A DNA stretch of 59,658 nucleotides from NCBI GenBank assembly GCA_049999805.1, contig JBNGIO010006314.1:657261-716918 (forward strand). Direction: 5' to 3'. The translations under genes were made by a program, and so were the position numbers. Below are positions 25,064-37,099 of the stretch, in pieces. The notes beneath the pieces were generated by a model. The model was not told the DNA's origin and did no database searches. It saw only the letters and a program-made list of their open reading frames with translations. The stretch is from Folioceros fuciformis (taxonomy: Eukaryota). The first letter of the stretch is position 1; each line of letters begins with the position of its first letter.

Positions 25064-26165
25064 TCAATACCTTAAATATTTTTTCAATGAGTCTAAACCC
25101 AAAAAATTAATTAACCTTAGTAAAATACGTTGATATCTACTTCCGATGACTTCATTCATACATTTGATATCCAATTTTTGTGTAGTATTAGAGCCACATA
25201 ATTTGGAACTATAAGGCCTACCCCTTTTTGTTTTCTTCTTTCTCTTTCTGGGTTCAATTTTAGTTTCTGGTACAAATTGTTTCGTTAACACATGGTTATG
25301 CATTGATGAGGTTGCACACAGATCTTCCTTAAGAACAACCTTTTTTATGTTTAGGTTTGGAGTCTCATCGGGCTCATATAAACACAGGATTAACTCTTTA
25401 AACATATTTTGTGATTGTGTGGATCCTTGAGAAGCTATTTTAATTGATTTGTTTCCATTCGCGCAATAAAATTTATCCCTCTTTTCTTCACTTGGAAAAA
25501 TAGACTTTGAACTATACCTTGTGGTATCATTTGTCTCTTCTTTCTTATTTTCATTTTGTAAAACTAAACCATCCGGGTGGAACTTATTCCAGTCACTATT
25601 GGTGTTTCCAGCTGTTGTCACGCTCATATTTCGCCCTGTACATTGATTAAACATGTTCATGTCTTTTGTAGTCAACTTGTGTTGTTTTTCGTCATGTGAT
25701 TGCCCTAATAGTACTCTTTGAGGCAATGCAGTTTTCAGTTTCCTCTGAGCAACTTTTGTAGATATCTTACTTACTTGAAACAAAGGTCTTTTGTTTAAAC
25801 ATTCATTATGCATTGCATTTATTGAAGGTCTCGAAGAAGAACAAGTATTATAATTGTTTTGTACAATCTGTTTCCAATTCAAAGTTGTGATAACTACACT
25901 CGTGGTTATCTCATTTGCTGATGATGTATTATTTAAAGTCGGAAAATCCTCGTGAGAATATTTGAGCTCTAATTGAACAAAAAAACATGACACATATTTA
26001 GTTAGAACTTAGCTAGAAATTTTTACATTCATGAAAAATATGCTTAAATCAACAACCTGGTTCTTGAGAGGACAAAACATTATCTTGCGCTTTTGCAGTT
26101 GAGTCGTTCATTGTAATGATTGAGATATTCAACACATATGAAGTGTTTGAAGTCACATCATCAAT
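25064..26165 (-). CDS. AT-rich gene of unknown function (exons 26057-26165 and about 25064-25968); ends uncertain
   Basis: 309-codon ORF in very AT-rich DNA. An upstream exon splices in frame (CCAG|GT...AG|AGCTC). EDFPTL and basic KRKKKTKRGRP motifs. Confidence 0.5.
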
Positions 26166-28542
26166 CTAAAATGGACATGACCTATTGGAAGTGTCAAGTT
26201 TCATTGATCCAAAAGTTCTTAAGTAGTTTCTTTAGCTCTATTATTATTATAGTTGAGCTATAAATATTAAATGTTAGATTTGACTAAGTTAAACTTCTAC
26301 CCTAGTATTCCTGGTGTTGTTTACCTATCACAGAATAACTCTCAAATCTAAGATGTTAGTATCCATTGGGTTACACAAGATCTCAAAGTCAAAGGGGAAG
26401 ATCATGTCATATAGAATTAAAAAATATAATTTGAAAATAATAAAAAATAAAGTAAAATTAAAATTTATGCATATGATAATTTTATTCTTTTTGTTCTGAC
26501 TTTGTACATAAGTTTGTAAAAAGTTTCTTTTTAAGATAGTCTGCCATCGATGGGTATAAGAATTTTGCATAATATTACTTACATATTGTGCATTACACTA
26601 GTTATTCGACTTGCTAATGTATTTCTACTAATCTTGTCCTTATGTAAGCTATATTCATTATTGACTAAGTGGACCTACTTACCTATGATTTTGTTGTATA
26701 TAAATTTATTATAATATAAAATAAGTAAGAAAATATATCATATATAACAAGCCTTGTTTTAAAGTTTGCAATGGTTATCCCGTCATTCTAAAACCAAATA
26801 TGAACCCAATGGTTACATTGACGAAACAAGTAGCGGTACAACGCAGAGTTAAAATGTACACTAATCCAGCCTAGTTAAGTTGGCTTCACACAGTGACGGG
26901 GTTGACGGTAGCACAACGTTGGCAACGGAGGTACAAGCCAAGTCGAATGAGACGCTAAAGCCATGAGAGACTCGCGAGAATGACGGCCGGTGTTCATGTC
27001 AGGGGTTTGCTGAGACCCGGTGCAGACCGGCAAGCGTGCAAGCGAGGGTGGAGGAGAGAAAAAAGTGACGAAACCCAAGGCTTACCCTTCTGCAAAAGGG
27101 GCTCACGTGGAGGTAGGGCTATTCCGAAAGCTGTGAGCTGCGCAGCTCCAGTTGGGGTAGGGACAGAAACCGGGGCAGCAAGCAGGCTGAGGCTGCCAAG
27201 CCCATGTCGCTCCCTGGGACCAGAGCGTCGTTGAAGAGGGTACCGTACCTGCTAGAGGTTGCACAGACCGCACCAAAAGTGCGTAACAACAGCCAGGCTC
27301 CACCTGTGGCAGAAGGCACGAGCAGAGCTAGAGCTGAGGTGCGGCAAGGGCAGCGCCACGCAGCGGCAGGTTGCAACCAAAAAAGCTGAAGAAGGTTGGG
27401 TTGTCCACGCTTGTCTCCTCGTCCAGATCTGAATTCCTGTTGTCTTCAGCTCCGGTCAAACTGGCTCCAGTAAACGCAAGTCTGTCAGACAATTGAGTGG
27501 GAGCAGAGAGATGCACAACGCGGCGGGGCCCAGAAGGAGTCAGTCTTGGAATATCAGGGGTGATGCTCAAAGCCAGGAACTGCGAATTGGCGGCGCTTAA
27601 GACAAAGAATCCTCGGCTTGAGGGATTGGGAGCTCAGCACATCAGCATGCAAGAGACCAGGAATGTCGTTCTACCATGCCCAATGAGTCGGGCGAATTCG
27701 TTTGCCGGTCGTTTTTCAGAGTGTGGTGCCGCTCTCCAACTTTTGCAGGGTTTTGCTTAGGAGGAGCTCCTTTGAACCTGCATCACGTGCTCCAGGTGTC
27801 CTAGCCTCGGCCTGATATCACCGCAGCCTTCCTTGCACCTCTCATCCTTCGCTAGCACAAGAAAGTGATAGAGTGACAGGTCACATGCATGATCTGAGTC
27901 CATGGAAACTCGCTGAGACCAGTGACCTTCCTCGGAAAAAGATGCATCAAACTCCTCCATCGCCAGAACAACACGTCAACACAGTCACAGTACAGTCAAG
28001 GAAAAGGGCACCACGATAGCGAGATGCTGATTTCATATGACATTATCTGCACAGCATCCAAGAGCCGGAACCTTTGGCAGCTTTCAACAACCACCTACAA
28101 ATGCTTAGGGATTAACAATGACAGACAGCTGCCCTCACATGAGTCCCCGGGTAGCACAGGGATTAGCAATAGGTGCTTTATGACTGTGACCGCAGCAATG
28201 CAAATTTTCTGCCACCCCGGCCCTATCTCTATACGCCTACTAGAGAGAATGTCACCATCACGCCGCTCAACGCAACAGCATGAAGAACGCAAGCTTCACC
28301 TTTTTCCCAAGTCCTCAAAGCCAATAAGAGATCTGAGATGCATTTCTGTCCCAGTACCGTGATCTACACCTTACCCAACAAAAACGAAGAGACTGTCACT
28401 GCCAAGAGACTAGCAGCTTCAATTCATAATCCCTGACTCCCTCCCTTGTATATCGCCTCCCACGACCTCAGGCTTCCTGCACTCTCACATGCCTCCATGA
28501 GTGTCTTCCCGTCGTGAGTCCCCAACAAAGAGTACAATGTTC

Positions 28543-31500
28543 CTAAGTCAAAGAAAAGCTCAGCGACGATCCCGAAGTGCTTGGATGAAGAAGCCTTCTT
28601 CCATCTACTTTGAGCTCGTCGTCTGTATGTACATAGACCTGGCCCCTAATCATCCTGCGAAGATCTGGCAAGAAGTCGTGAGCAGCAGGACAGCCAACCA
28701 CATTGAGAACTTGAAGCGAGGGTAAGAAGGTGATCTCTGTAGGCAGCTCCGCTAACTTCGAGCAATAGCTCAGGGAAAGCCTGAGCAAAGAGCCCAAATT
28801 TTCTATTCCCTTTGGCAACTTCAGCAACTGCTCGCAGTAGTCCAGATCTAAGTACTGCAGTGACGTCAACTCACAAAGCTCCTCCGGCAAGGTAGCCAAG
28901 ACGCTGCACGAAACTAGTGACAGTCTTTGCAACGACGTGAGCCCCTTAATCTCCTTGGGAAGGGATTTTAAGCTCTTACAAGAGCTGAGGGACAGTCTCT
29001 GCAACGAGGTCAGGCTGCCAATCTCCTTTGGTAGCTTTTCTATCCTGGCACAAGCCGTCAGGGACAGCTCCTCCAACGCTGACAATCCACCAATTTCCGG
29101 GCACACCACTGAGATGTTGCAGTGGCCCAGGTATAACCGGCTCAAATTCTGCAATGAACCGATCTCCGGAGGCAGTCTGACAAAGCTCTTACATCGATTT
29201 AGATTCAACTTCTGCAACGCCTCCAAGCTGCCAATTTCTGCTGGGAGAGTCTTCAGGTTCAGACAACCTGAGAGATCCATTTCCTCCAGGGCTTGTAGCT
29301 GGCTGATAGTCTTTGGCAATGATCTGATGGTCCCACAGTCTTCCATGTGAAACCTCTTCAGGGAAGCAAGGTTACCCAAAGTAGAGGGCAGTTCTTGAAG
29401 TCTGCTCCAGCCAGTCAAGTGTAGCTCTCTCAAAGCACCCAATTGAGTGATAGGCTCTGGTAACCGCTCCATGTTTACACATCCCATCAAAGTGAGGTCT
29501 TTAAGCTGTGGTGGAAACTGCACGTAAGATTTGAACAGGTCAAGACTTTGAAGTCAATGCTGGAAAACGTAGCTTCAACTGTACGACACATGATCGTTGT
29601 TAAGCACACTTACCCGTAAACTAAGATCGATCTTATTACACCGTATCATAACCATGTCTAGCTTTCGACATCTTCCCAATTGAAAAGGGAACTTCATGTC
29701 CTGAACAGGCCTGCTCCAGCCCCAATAAATGAACTCTAAGTCATTCAGTGATTCAACACGATATCCTCGAACAGCTGTGTCCTGAAGGATTAGAACCCGC
29801 AACCCTTCCATCTTGTCCACGAATCGCCCTTGCAACGGATCATGACAATTTAATAGGGAGATGCCCTCAACCTTCTTCAGTTCCTGCAAGGAACATGGAA
29901 TTCTTCATTCAGCAACAGCTCATGCACCTGACAAACGCACAGACTTGACACCTCGTAAACAGACGCCATGTTCGAAAGAGCGAGTCATCTTTACCGTATT
30001 CTTGTCACCCAATATCTCGGGTAACTGGCTGGCATCTTCTGACCGGACACGAGTCTGCTGCGATAAGCTAGAACCGATGTCGGACAGCAGATCATGCATG
30101 CCTACGAGCTCCATCTTCCATGGGTACTCCGAATACCTTGTGAGCTGAGCAATCCCTGTAAGGCCTTCGGTATCTCTGGTCTTGACTGTAACCAATGCCT
30201 GCTCCACTAAGATACTCAAATTTTCCTTCCCCACAATCCGCTCCACAATCCTCCAATCCCAACCCCGGAAAAGTACAGCTATATCAAGGAAGATTTCCTT
30301 CATCTCTGGACTCAGTCTGTCGTAGCTCACTTGCAGCTTTCCGAAGATCTGGTCCTCTGGTAGTAGAAGCTCCTCAGCCTGCTTCATTTTCTTCCCAATG
30401 GCAACCCACTGCTCTTCCGCTAGATTAGCCTCATCGGAGAACAGAGAACCGATGATCTTAAGAGCCAACGGAAGGCCTTCACACTGGGGTACAATGAAAT
30501 CTAGAAGTGCCTCCACACTCTTAGTTGGCATATCAGTTCTCTTTGAAGCATGAAAGAGAAACAAGTCTCTTGACTGCTGGGGGGACAGGCAAGGAAGCTT
30601 GTAGGAGAGGTGAAAGTAAGGATGAATAGTGGTTTTACAGATCTGATCAAGCTTACTGACGACAGCACTGGAGCGAGAGGTAATCAAGACACTACTTCTG
30701 GGAGGCAGAATCTTTCCCAGATTGGGGGGGAGCAGCTCCACGACATGCTTCACTTCGAAAACATTGTCTATGGCAATGCGAGCCTGTTTGGAGCCCATTT
30801 TCAGGTTCACAAACTGATCCAGCAAAGCATTCCTTCCCTTCGAAGTATTTGAGAACTCTTTGCGACCTCCTCCGAGCTGTTGAAGAAGCGATGCTTGCAG
30901 CTTCCTCAAATACACATCATCCGGATTCTTTCCAACTTCGATGAAAGCGAAGAGCCTCTTTTCACTCTTCTCCACTGATGTAATCACCTCGTGCAGCAAC
31001 GTTGTCTTCCCTAGCCCACCTTGGCCGTGAATCCCAACGGTGCATATCCCTTCTTGCTGAAGGAAGTCCACAATGTGGTTGACATGCTGATCAATACCCA
31101 CACTGATGACAGGTCCCAGATCTGGGGTGTTGATTGCGTCAGGTGCATGAGACACACGACTTCTCACTGCAGCTAATGCTGCAAAAGTCAGATTGTCCTG
31201 GAGAGTCTTCAACTCGCAAACTGCCCTCTCCAGGTGCAGCTTAATGCCAGTATCCGCAGATGACACACAGAAAAACCTGCAAACACAGTTTCTGCATACA
31301 ATACATCAAATAGAGCTAGGGCAAACTTGGGGAAGAACACACTAATTTTATGTGACACGAATATGTAAAAGCATTCTACCTACAGACAAGCTACCTTTGA
31401 CAAGAGGTCGGCTTTCTCTCAAGGTATCTTATCACGGCAGCACAATAGAGAAGCGTTCCGGCAGCAATTCTAAACACGTCATTATCAGTGGGAAGGAAGA

Positions 31501-31971
31501 GCCTTAGCTCGCCGATTTGTTTGCCCACATGCTCAGTTTGACTAGTCAAGCTGGTCCACTTCTCCTCATCCCCAACATGCTCAACCTGATCAATTTTGGA
31601 GTTTATGTAAGCAGCCAACTTGAAGGCTAGGCCAAACCAGCTCAAGTTCCTCGAGCCATTCTTAATGTCAGAGACCAGAGTCTCAGCACTGGCAGAGGGT
31701 GTTCTCAAGTCGGTTTCTGGCACCTGCAGAGCAAAAGAACCAGAGACATTGCGTTACGCCGAGGCTACAACCTTCCATTCCGTTCCGAACATCAAACCGA
31801 ATGCTGGGGGGAGGGGAAATTTGCCTTTCGACGAAACTCTTCCAGTCGGTTACGATGATAGTCCAGTATGTCCCCGATCTGCTTAAGATGCTGCGACAGT
31901 ACCGGAGTTCCAAGGTCTGGGTCTACATAGTGAGCATTGCCATTTGGCTGCTGCTTATCACTGTCACTCAT
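28543..31971 (-). CDS. NLR immune receptor: helical N-terminal domain (Cbl-N/MLKL-like 4HB) + NB-ARC + LRR; 5 exons (31825-31971, 31395-31723, 29995-31276, 29614-29883, 28543-29517), about 1000 aa
   Basis: P-loop GQGGLGKTT, kinase-2 IAIDNV, RNBS-B VLITSRS, GLPLAL, RNBS-D FLDIAVLF, MHDLL; about 11 LxxLxLxxCxxLxxLP repeats. Exons join in frame, the first intron using a GC donor. Confidence 0.9.
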
Positions 31972-32848
31972 AGTGACAATCCCGGGTTAGCACCTTGAAA
32001 CCTAGCCCTTCCGCGTGATGAAATGCCTTGTTGCAGAAGGGCTCAAAAGGCTCCGGAATGTAGTTACGCCTGGGGAGTACCTGGTCTCAGCCAGAACTCT
32101 CTAAGACCCTCTCTTCCTTACTTCTCAATCACAAAGTAAAATGCCGGCAAGCAAACAATTCATGAGACTGGCTGAGCCCTGTCGTCTCGCCGTCACCGAA
32201 AGTCATGCTTGGCACGGCTGATGAACAGTAGCAGGGACTTTGAGCCCGACACTGATGCCCTGTCACATTCTCTGCTCCAATAGATACTGATTCCACGCGC
32301 GCTGCTCCACTTTCCGAATTGCAAGAGCTACCGTCCCTGATAAACTACCCCCGGCCGCCCCCAACCCCGTTCCTGCTGTGGCTATCCAAATAGAGTGATC
32401 ACTCCCCTGCTACACAAGGACCTTCCCCCTTGTCACGTTGATCTGCAACTCTGTCGGGTCCAGTATATTGGATATAACGCAAAGCAGAAATTCCTCATCC
32501 GCTGGCCGCTCTCCTTCCCACATGCCTGCGCGCAAGCCAACGATCCGCATCTCAAAGCCCCTCCGCCCGCGCCCGCATCTGGTGCCCACAAGGCCTGCAG
32601 CAATCCACAAAGCGGAGCTTAGGAAGCACGGAAACAGAGCCCAGAGAAGAAGAAGTAAATGCAGCCCGGCAGCAGCTCCAGGACTGCTCGATCTGGCCTC
32701 ACACGGCATAGCACTAACCAAACCTACTTCCCCGAGCAGGCACCACATTCAAACAGCAGCTGCAAGCCCCTGCGCCCAGCCGGAGTGGGAGCAGGATGAC
32801 AGGAAGCAGACGAGGTAGGATACGGAGCGGGAGCACGGAGGACCAGGC

Positions 32849-33260
32849 ACAGCAACAGCAACAGCAACAGCAGCTGCGGTTGACCAAGTACCGAATAGCA
32901 GGCCCAGCTCTAATTGCCCCACTCCGCGCCTCCCCCGAGTGCATTGCCCATGAAGCCTGACACCCGCATTGCAGGAGGCGGAGTGGCGCAGTGGCGGAGT
33001 GGCGGCGGCCAGATGCCCAGGAAAAGGTGGGCGCTGCTCTGCTGCGGATGCGGGTGCCGGGGACAGTGCCACTGCCAGCGCTGGTGCAGGAGAAAGTGCG
33101 AGAGCAAGTGCAGAGGTCGGCACACGCACAGGAGCAGATGCGCGGCCCAGAGAGACGTGTGCAGGCCAGGCCAGGCCAGGCCGCTGGGCTGGGCTCGGCT
33201 CGGCTCGGCTCGGCACCGAGATAACGCTGATCGCGCAACAGCAACAGGAACAGCAACAGC
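32849..33260. repeat. GC-rich microsatellite patch: (CAGCAA)n, (CCAGG)n, (GGCTC)n
   Basis: Short tandem runs visible at about 32849-32872, 33166-33212 and 33236-33260. Confidence 0.7.
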
Positions 33261-35020
33261 AAAACGCCAGTGCATCGGCCACAGTGTGGACTGTGGACTG
33301 TGCACTGTGTGTGTATTGCACTGAGAGCTCCTTCCTCCCTCAGCTGGCAATGCGTGTGCGCCCGCATAATACGGTTCTGGCCCGTCTGCCTCCTCGGCCT
33401 GGCGTCCCGGGACGCTCTTGCCCCGGGCGCTTGCGTGCGGCGGGTAAAACCGTCGGGTAACGTCGGCGGCTGCTGCGCCACCCGGCCTCCGGCTTCCCGC
33501 ACCCGGGACGACAATCAACGGACACAACGGACCCCGTCTAGCCCGGGCGCACCGGGGACCCGGACTCGGGACATACATACATCGGATGCTCATCCATCCG
33601 TAAGGCAGGCCTGGGGTGCGCGAAACGCTTTACACCTGGCTGGCGTTTTCTTTTTCTCGCTCCGTTGGTGTCTTTGGTCTTTGTGCGTGGTTGTAGCCCG
33701 AGACCTGGCGCGCCATCCAACCGGGCTCCCAACGGCAGCTGCACTGCCCACTGCACGCGCTGTGTCCACTCTCGGTTGAAAATCCAAGCGCACCAGCCTT
33801 CTGGATGACCGGGATCTGGTGCACAGTTCCATCGGTGATCAGATGCTTCACCTTGGGCCAAACTCCACTGTCACCAAGCGTATGTATGTTTGCACACGCT
33901 TCTTGTCACCCTCCGGTGCCTGCCAAACCGAGCCATAGCCCAGGGCCATATTCTGATGAACCCGTTTGGATATTCGGATGACACTGGGAGGAACATGAGT
34001 GTGCTGCAGTCTATTGATTCATGATGGGTACATACCTCCGGTGCTTGCAAGCCAAAGGCTGCCTGCTCTGGTCTTCTTGAAGCAGCCAGTACCTGTCCCC
34101 ATTTTGTTGGCTGGGAATTGAACATGTGTGTCCGACTCCCGTCCTGCCGTCCCCACCCTCCATCACCTACACCTACCTTGGGACGGGGAGGTCCACCGTA
34201 ATTATGCATTCCTCGTTGACGGGATTACACGGCTGCAGTGCCACAGCACAGGACAAGGAAGCACCTGGAGCGGGCGTTGATTCCCGGGGACGAAGGTGAG
34301 TGGGAGTTCGGCTGGGATACAGACGCCTTTGGCTGGGGACTAGTGTTTTTTTTTTATGAAGCTGGGCATGGAGAAAGGAATCCGCTTCACCGTAGGTTGC
34401 TTGCGGTGCTGGTGCTACACATGTTCCTTATTGCAGATCTTGCAGCACTAGCGAGAGGGATACATATTCCCTGGGAAGGGGGTGGAGCAGCATCATCCGC
34501 GTCACTATTCCGCCCGGCTGTGTCATGTATGCAAGATTGTCTGCTTGGCAGCCACTGCATTGCGTGGCATCATCTGTCTACCGCAGCCACATGCGATGGA
34601 GTGAGGGGGGACGCAAACTTGGGCGGTCGGTGTTTCGTCTTTTCTTGATCCTGCTCCCCCCTAATGGTGCTATCTAAACCTGTTTTTGCGTAGACTGGTT
34701 CCCCTGTTTGGGTTGATGACAATTCACGGCCTTCCGATGATCCGGCCCCTGTCGCCAGGGGGGAAGCTATGAAGCCATGACCTCATAGCTCTTGCGGGCG
34801 CCGCCAAGGGCCCACCGGCTAGTGTAACAAAGATACACTGCCACCACGCTGCGAGTCGCGACAGGTGAGATGTACCGCATGCTTCGAGGCTGTGATGCAT
34901 TTGTTTCTGGCCGCCACATTCTGCGTTCCTGCGCACAGCAGCTCGTCCCAACCAACCAAATGTGTGGGGTGGGTTCATGGCCTTGTGGGACACATATGTG
35001 TGTCATGCCACTGGCACCGG

Positions 35021-35072
35021 CGCTGGCCCTGGCCCCGGCCCTGGCCTCGGCCCTGGCCCCGGCCCTGGCCTT
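35021..35072. repeat. (CTGGCC)-like hexamer microsatellite
   Basis: About 8 imperfect hexamer units. Confidence 0.75.
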
Positions 35073-37099
35073 GGAGTTGACATGACAGGCAGAGGATTGG
35101 CATAGGCTGGAATCCGCAGCCCACTCCTGGAGACGACAATCCATCATCGATCCAGACTGCGACAGCAGACCTATAAGTTGCAACAACAGCAACTCGTGGG
35201 ATGACAGGAATCTACGCTTTTTGCCCGCCAGTCTTCTCATGGCTGGGTATTGTAAAATAACTCTCCAGGAGGACGACTGAGCTCTGGAGCGCGTCTTTCT
35301 CGTCGGGCCCGACTGGTACTATGATTCCGGCTTCTTCCTTAGCATACCATCCCTTCCCGTCCCTCGAGGTCGATAGGATCCCGCTCACCGCAATCGCATC
35401 GGGTTTGGTTTTTCTCGGGCAGCACAGCATCAGCATCAGCAGGGATGTCCCGCGTACTTGGACACATACACGGAGAACAGGTGAACTACCACTAGTGCTC
35501 GTCGCTATCCAACAACGACCCATTGGGAACCCACTACTCCCAACACAATGCGTTCATGTGTCTACGTATTGCGCCGGTTGGGTATTTATTTGAAAACAAA
35601 TTCAAAAATATTATTATAAAAAATTTGTTCATAAATGGTGGGTCCGGGCGTTTAGTCTCGTTTTGTCTTTAGCCAACAAACCTCAGATAATATTTTTACT
35701 CGTTGTGTCATTAGTGATGAAGCTCGCCGTTTGAAAAAGGCGGTTTACTTCTACTTCTATCGCATTCTCTGGCTAGGCCTAAATGTCGGTTCGCCACGGT
35801 ATGGCCAGGCGAACTAACATGCCATGCCATGAGCATGGCCTTTCTCTCCCCTACTCCTCTCTCTCTTATCCGTGCCAACCTGCACCAATCCACTGGCAAG
35901 GACGGGAAATTAATTCAAGTTCCTGTTGCCCTGATTGTCGTGGCAATTCCCATGGCAATATTGCTCACCCTTCGTTTCGTTTCAATTGAGAATGAGAGAG
36001 GAGAGATCGCTATGCTCAAAGCAAGGCACACGGTAAGAGTTGAAAGATAAAAGGCTGGGGGGATGGGGAGGATGCACGTATTCTATACTGATCGTGCTCC
36101 ATTGATGGATGAGGTTGCAGCGCATTGTTCCTTTGCAGTTCAGAGGCATGGTGGAGGGAAATTTTCTTTCAATGAATTGGAATGGCTTGAAGGTCAACTT
36201 GGTAATGTTGCAAGAAGCTTCTAGGGCTGGTCGAGAGCTTTGCTTCCCAGCTAGTGGTGAGGGGAATGATTGAGCAAGTTTTGCTGACAACGGAAGAGGA
36301 GCTGAAGGATTGGTGCGGGGCGGGTCTGAAGCTTGCTCGTAACGCCTGCTGTAACGTCCACAAGCTTCCCCTTCCCTTATTCCCTAAACTACTGGCTGTG
36401 TTTTGAAATTCTGAGTGTGAAAGTGTGTAAGAAGATGAAGATTGAAGATGTGTGTGAGTGAGCTGAGAAGAGAAGGAGAGAAGGGCAGCCAAGCACTGAA
36501 CGGGATGCAAGGTGTGAGGCAAGAGAGGAGAAGTGTGGCTAATCATTGAACATGATGTGAGGTGAGAGGCAGGAGATTGAAGATTGAGAGTGAGGAGAAG
36601 AACTAACTACAACTAAATGAAGAAAATTGTTGGAGATTGGAGAGGATTTTTAGAAGATTTCTGAGCGATTTATAGGCAGTTGTGAGAGATTGTTGAAGAT
36701 TGTTGGAGATTGGGGGTGATTGCAGAGGATGGCAGAGGGATTGCTGGAGATTTGTGGACTTTGCTAAAAGATTGGAAATGTTTGGAATCAGGCTTATGAG
36801 AAACGAGTGTGAACCAGAGCTCTTGTGTGTTTTGCATGTGTGGAGAGTCTTGCGTGTGTGTGTGGGTGAATGTGGATCTCAAGATGTCTTTGGATACAAG
36901 ATTTCACTCCACACCCTCTGGTGTCCAAAAGGGGATGTTCAGCTAGGATATTAGGGTGCTTGCAAGGTTTGGTATACCACATCATGTGGGGATGGATGCA
37001 ATGCCCAATAATGTTCACATGTGGATAGAATTATCTTCAAAAAATTATAGATAATCCAACATACCTCCAAACATTTTTTTAGATTTTCTTGGGTATACT

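Noticed and set aside
33953-33990. CTGATGA hammerhead-like core
   Set aside because: No GAAA core or flanking helices.
32395-35523. Many overlapping 100-270 aa ORFs on both strands
   Set aside because: They arise from GC-rich microsatellites; no recognisable domain or consistent gene model.
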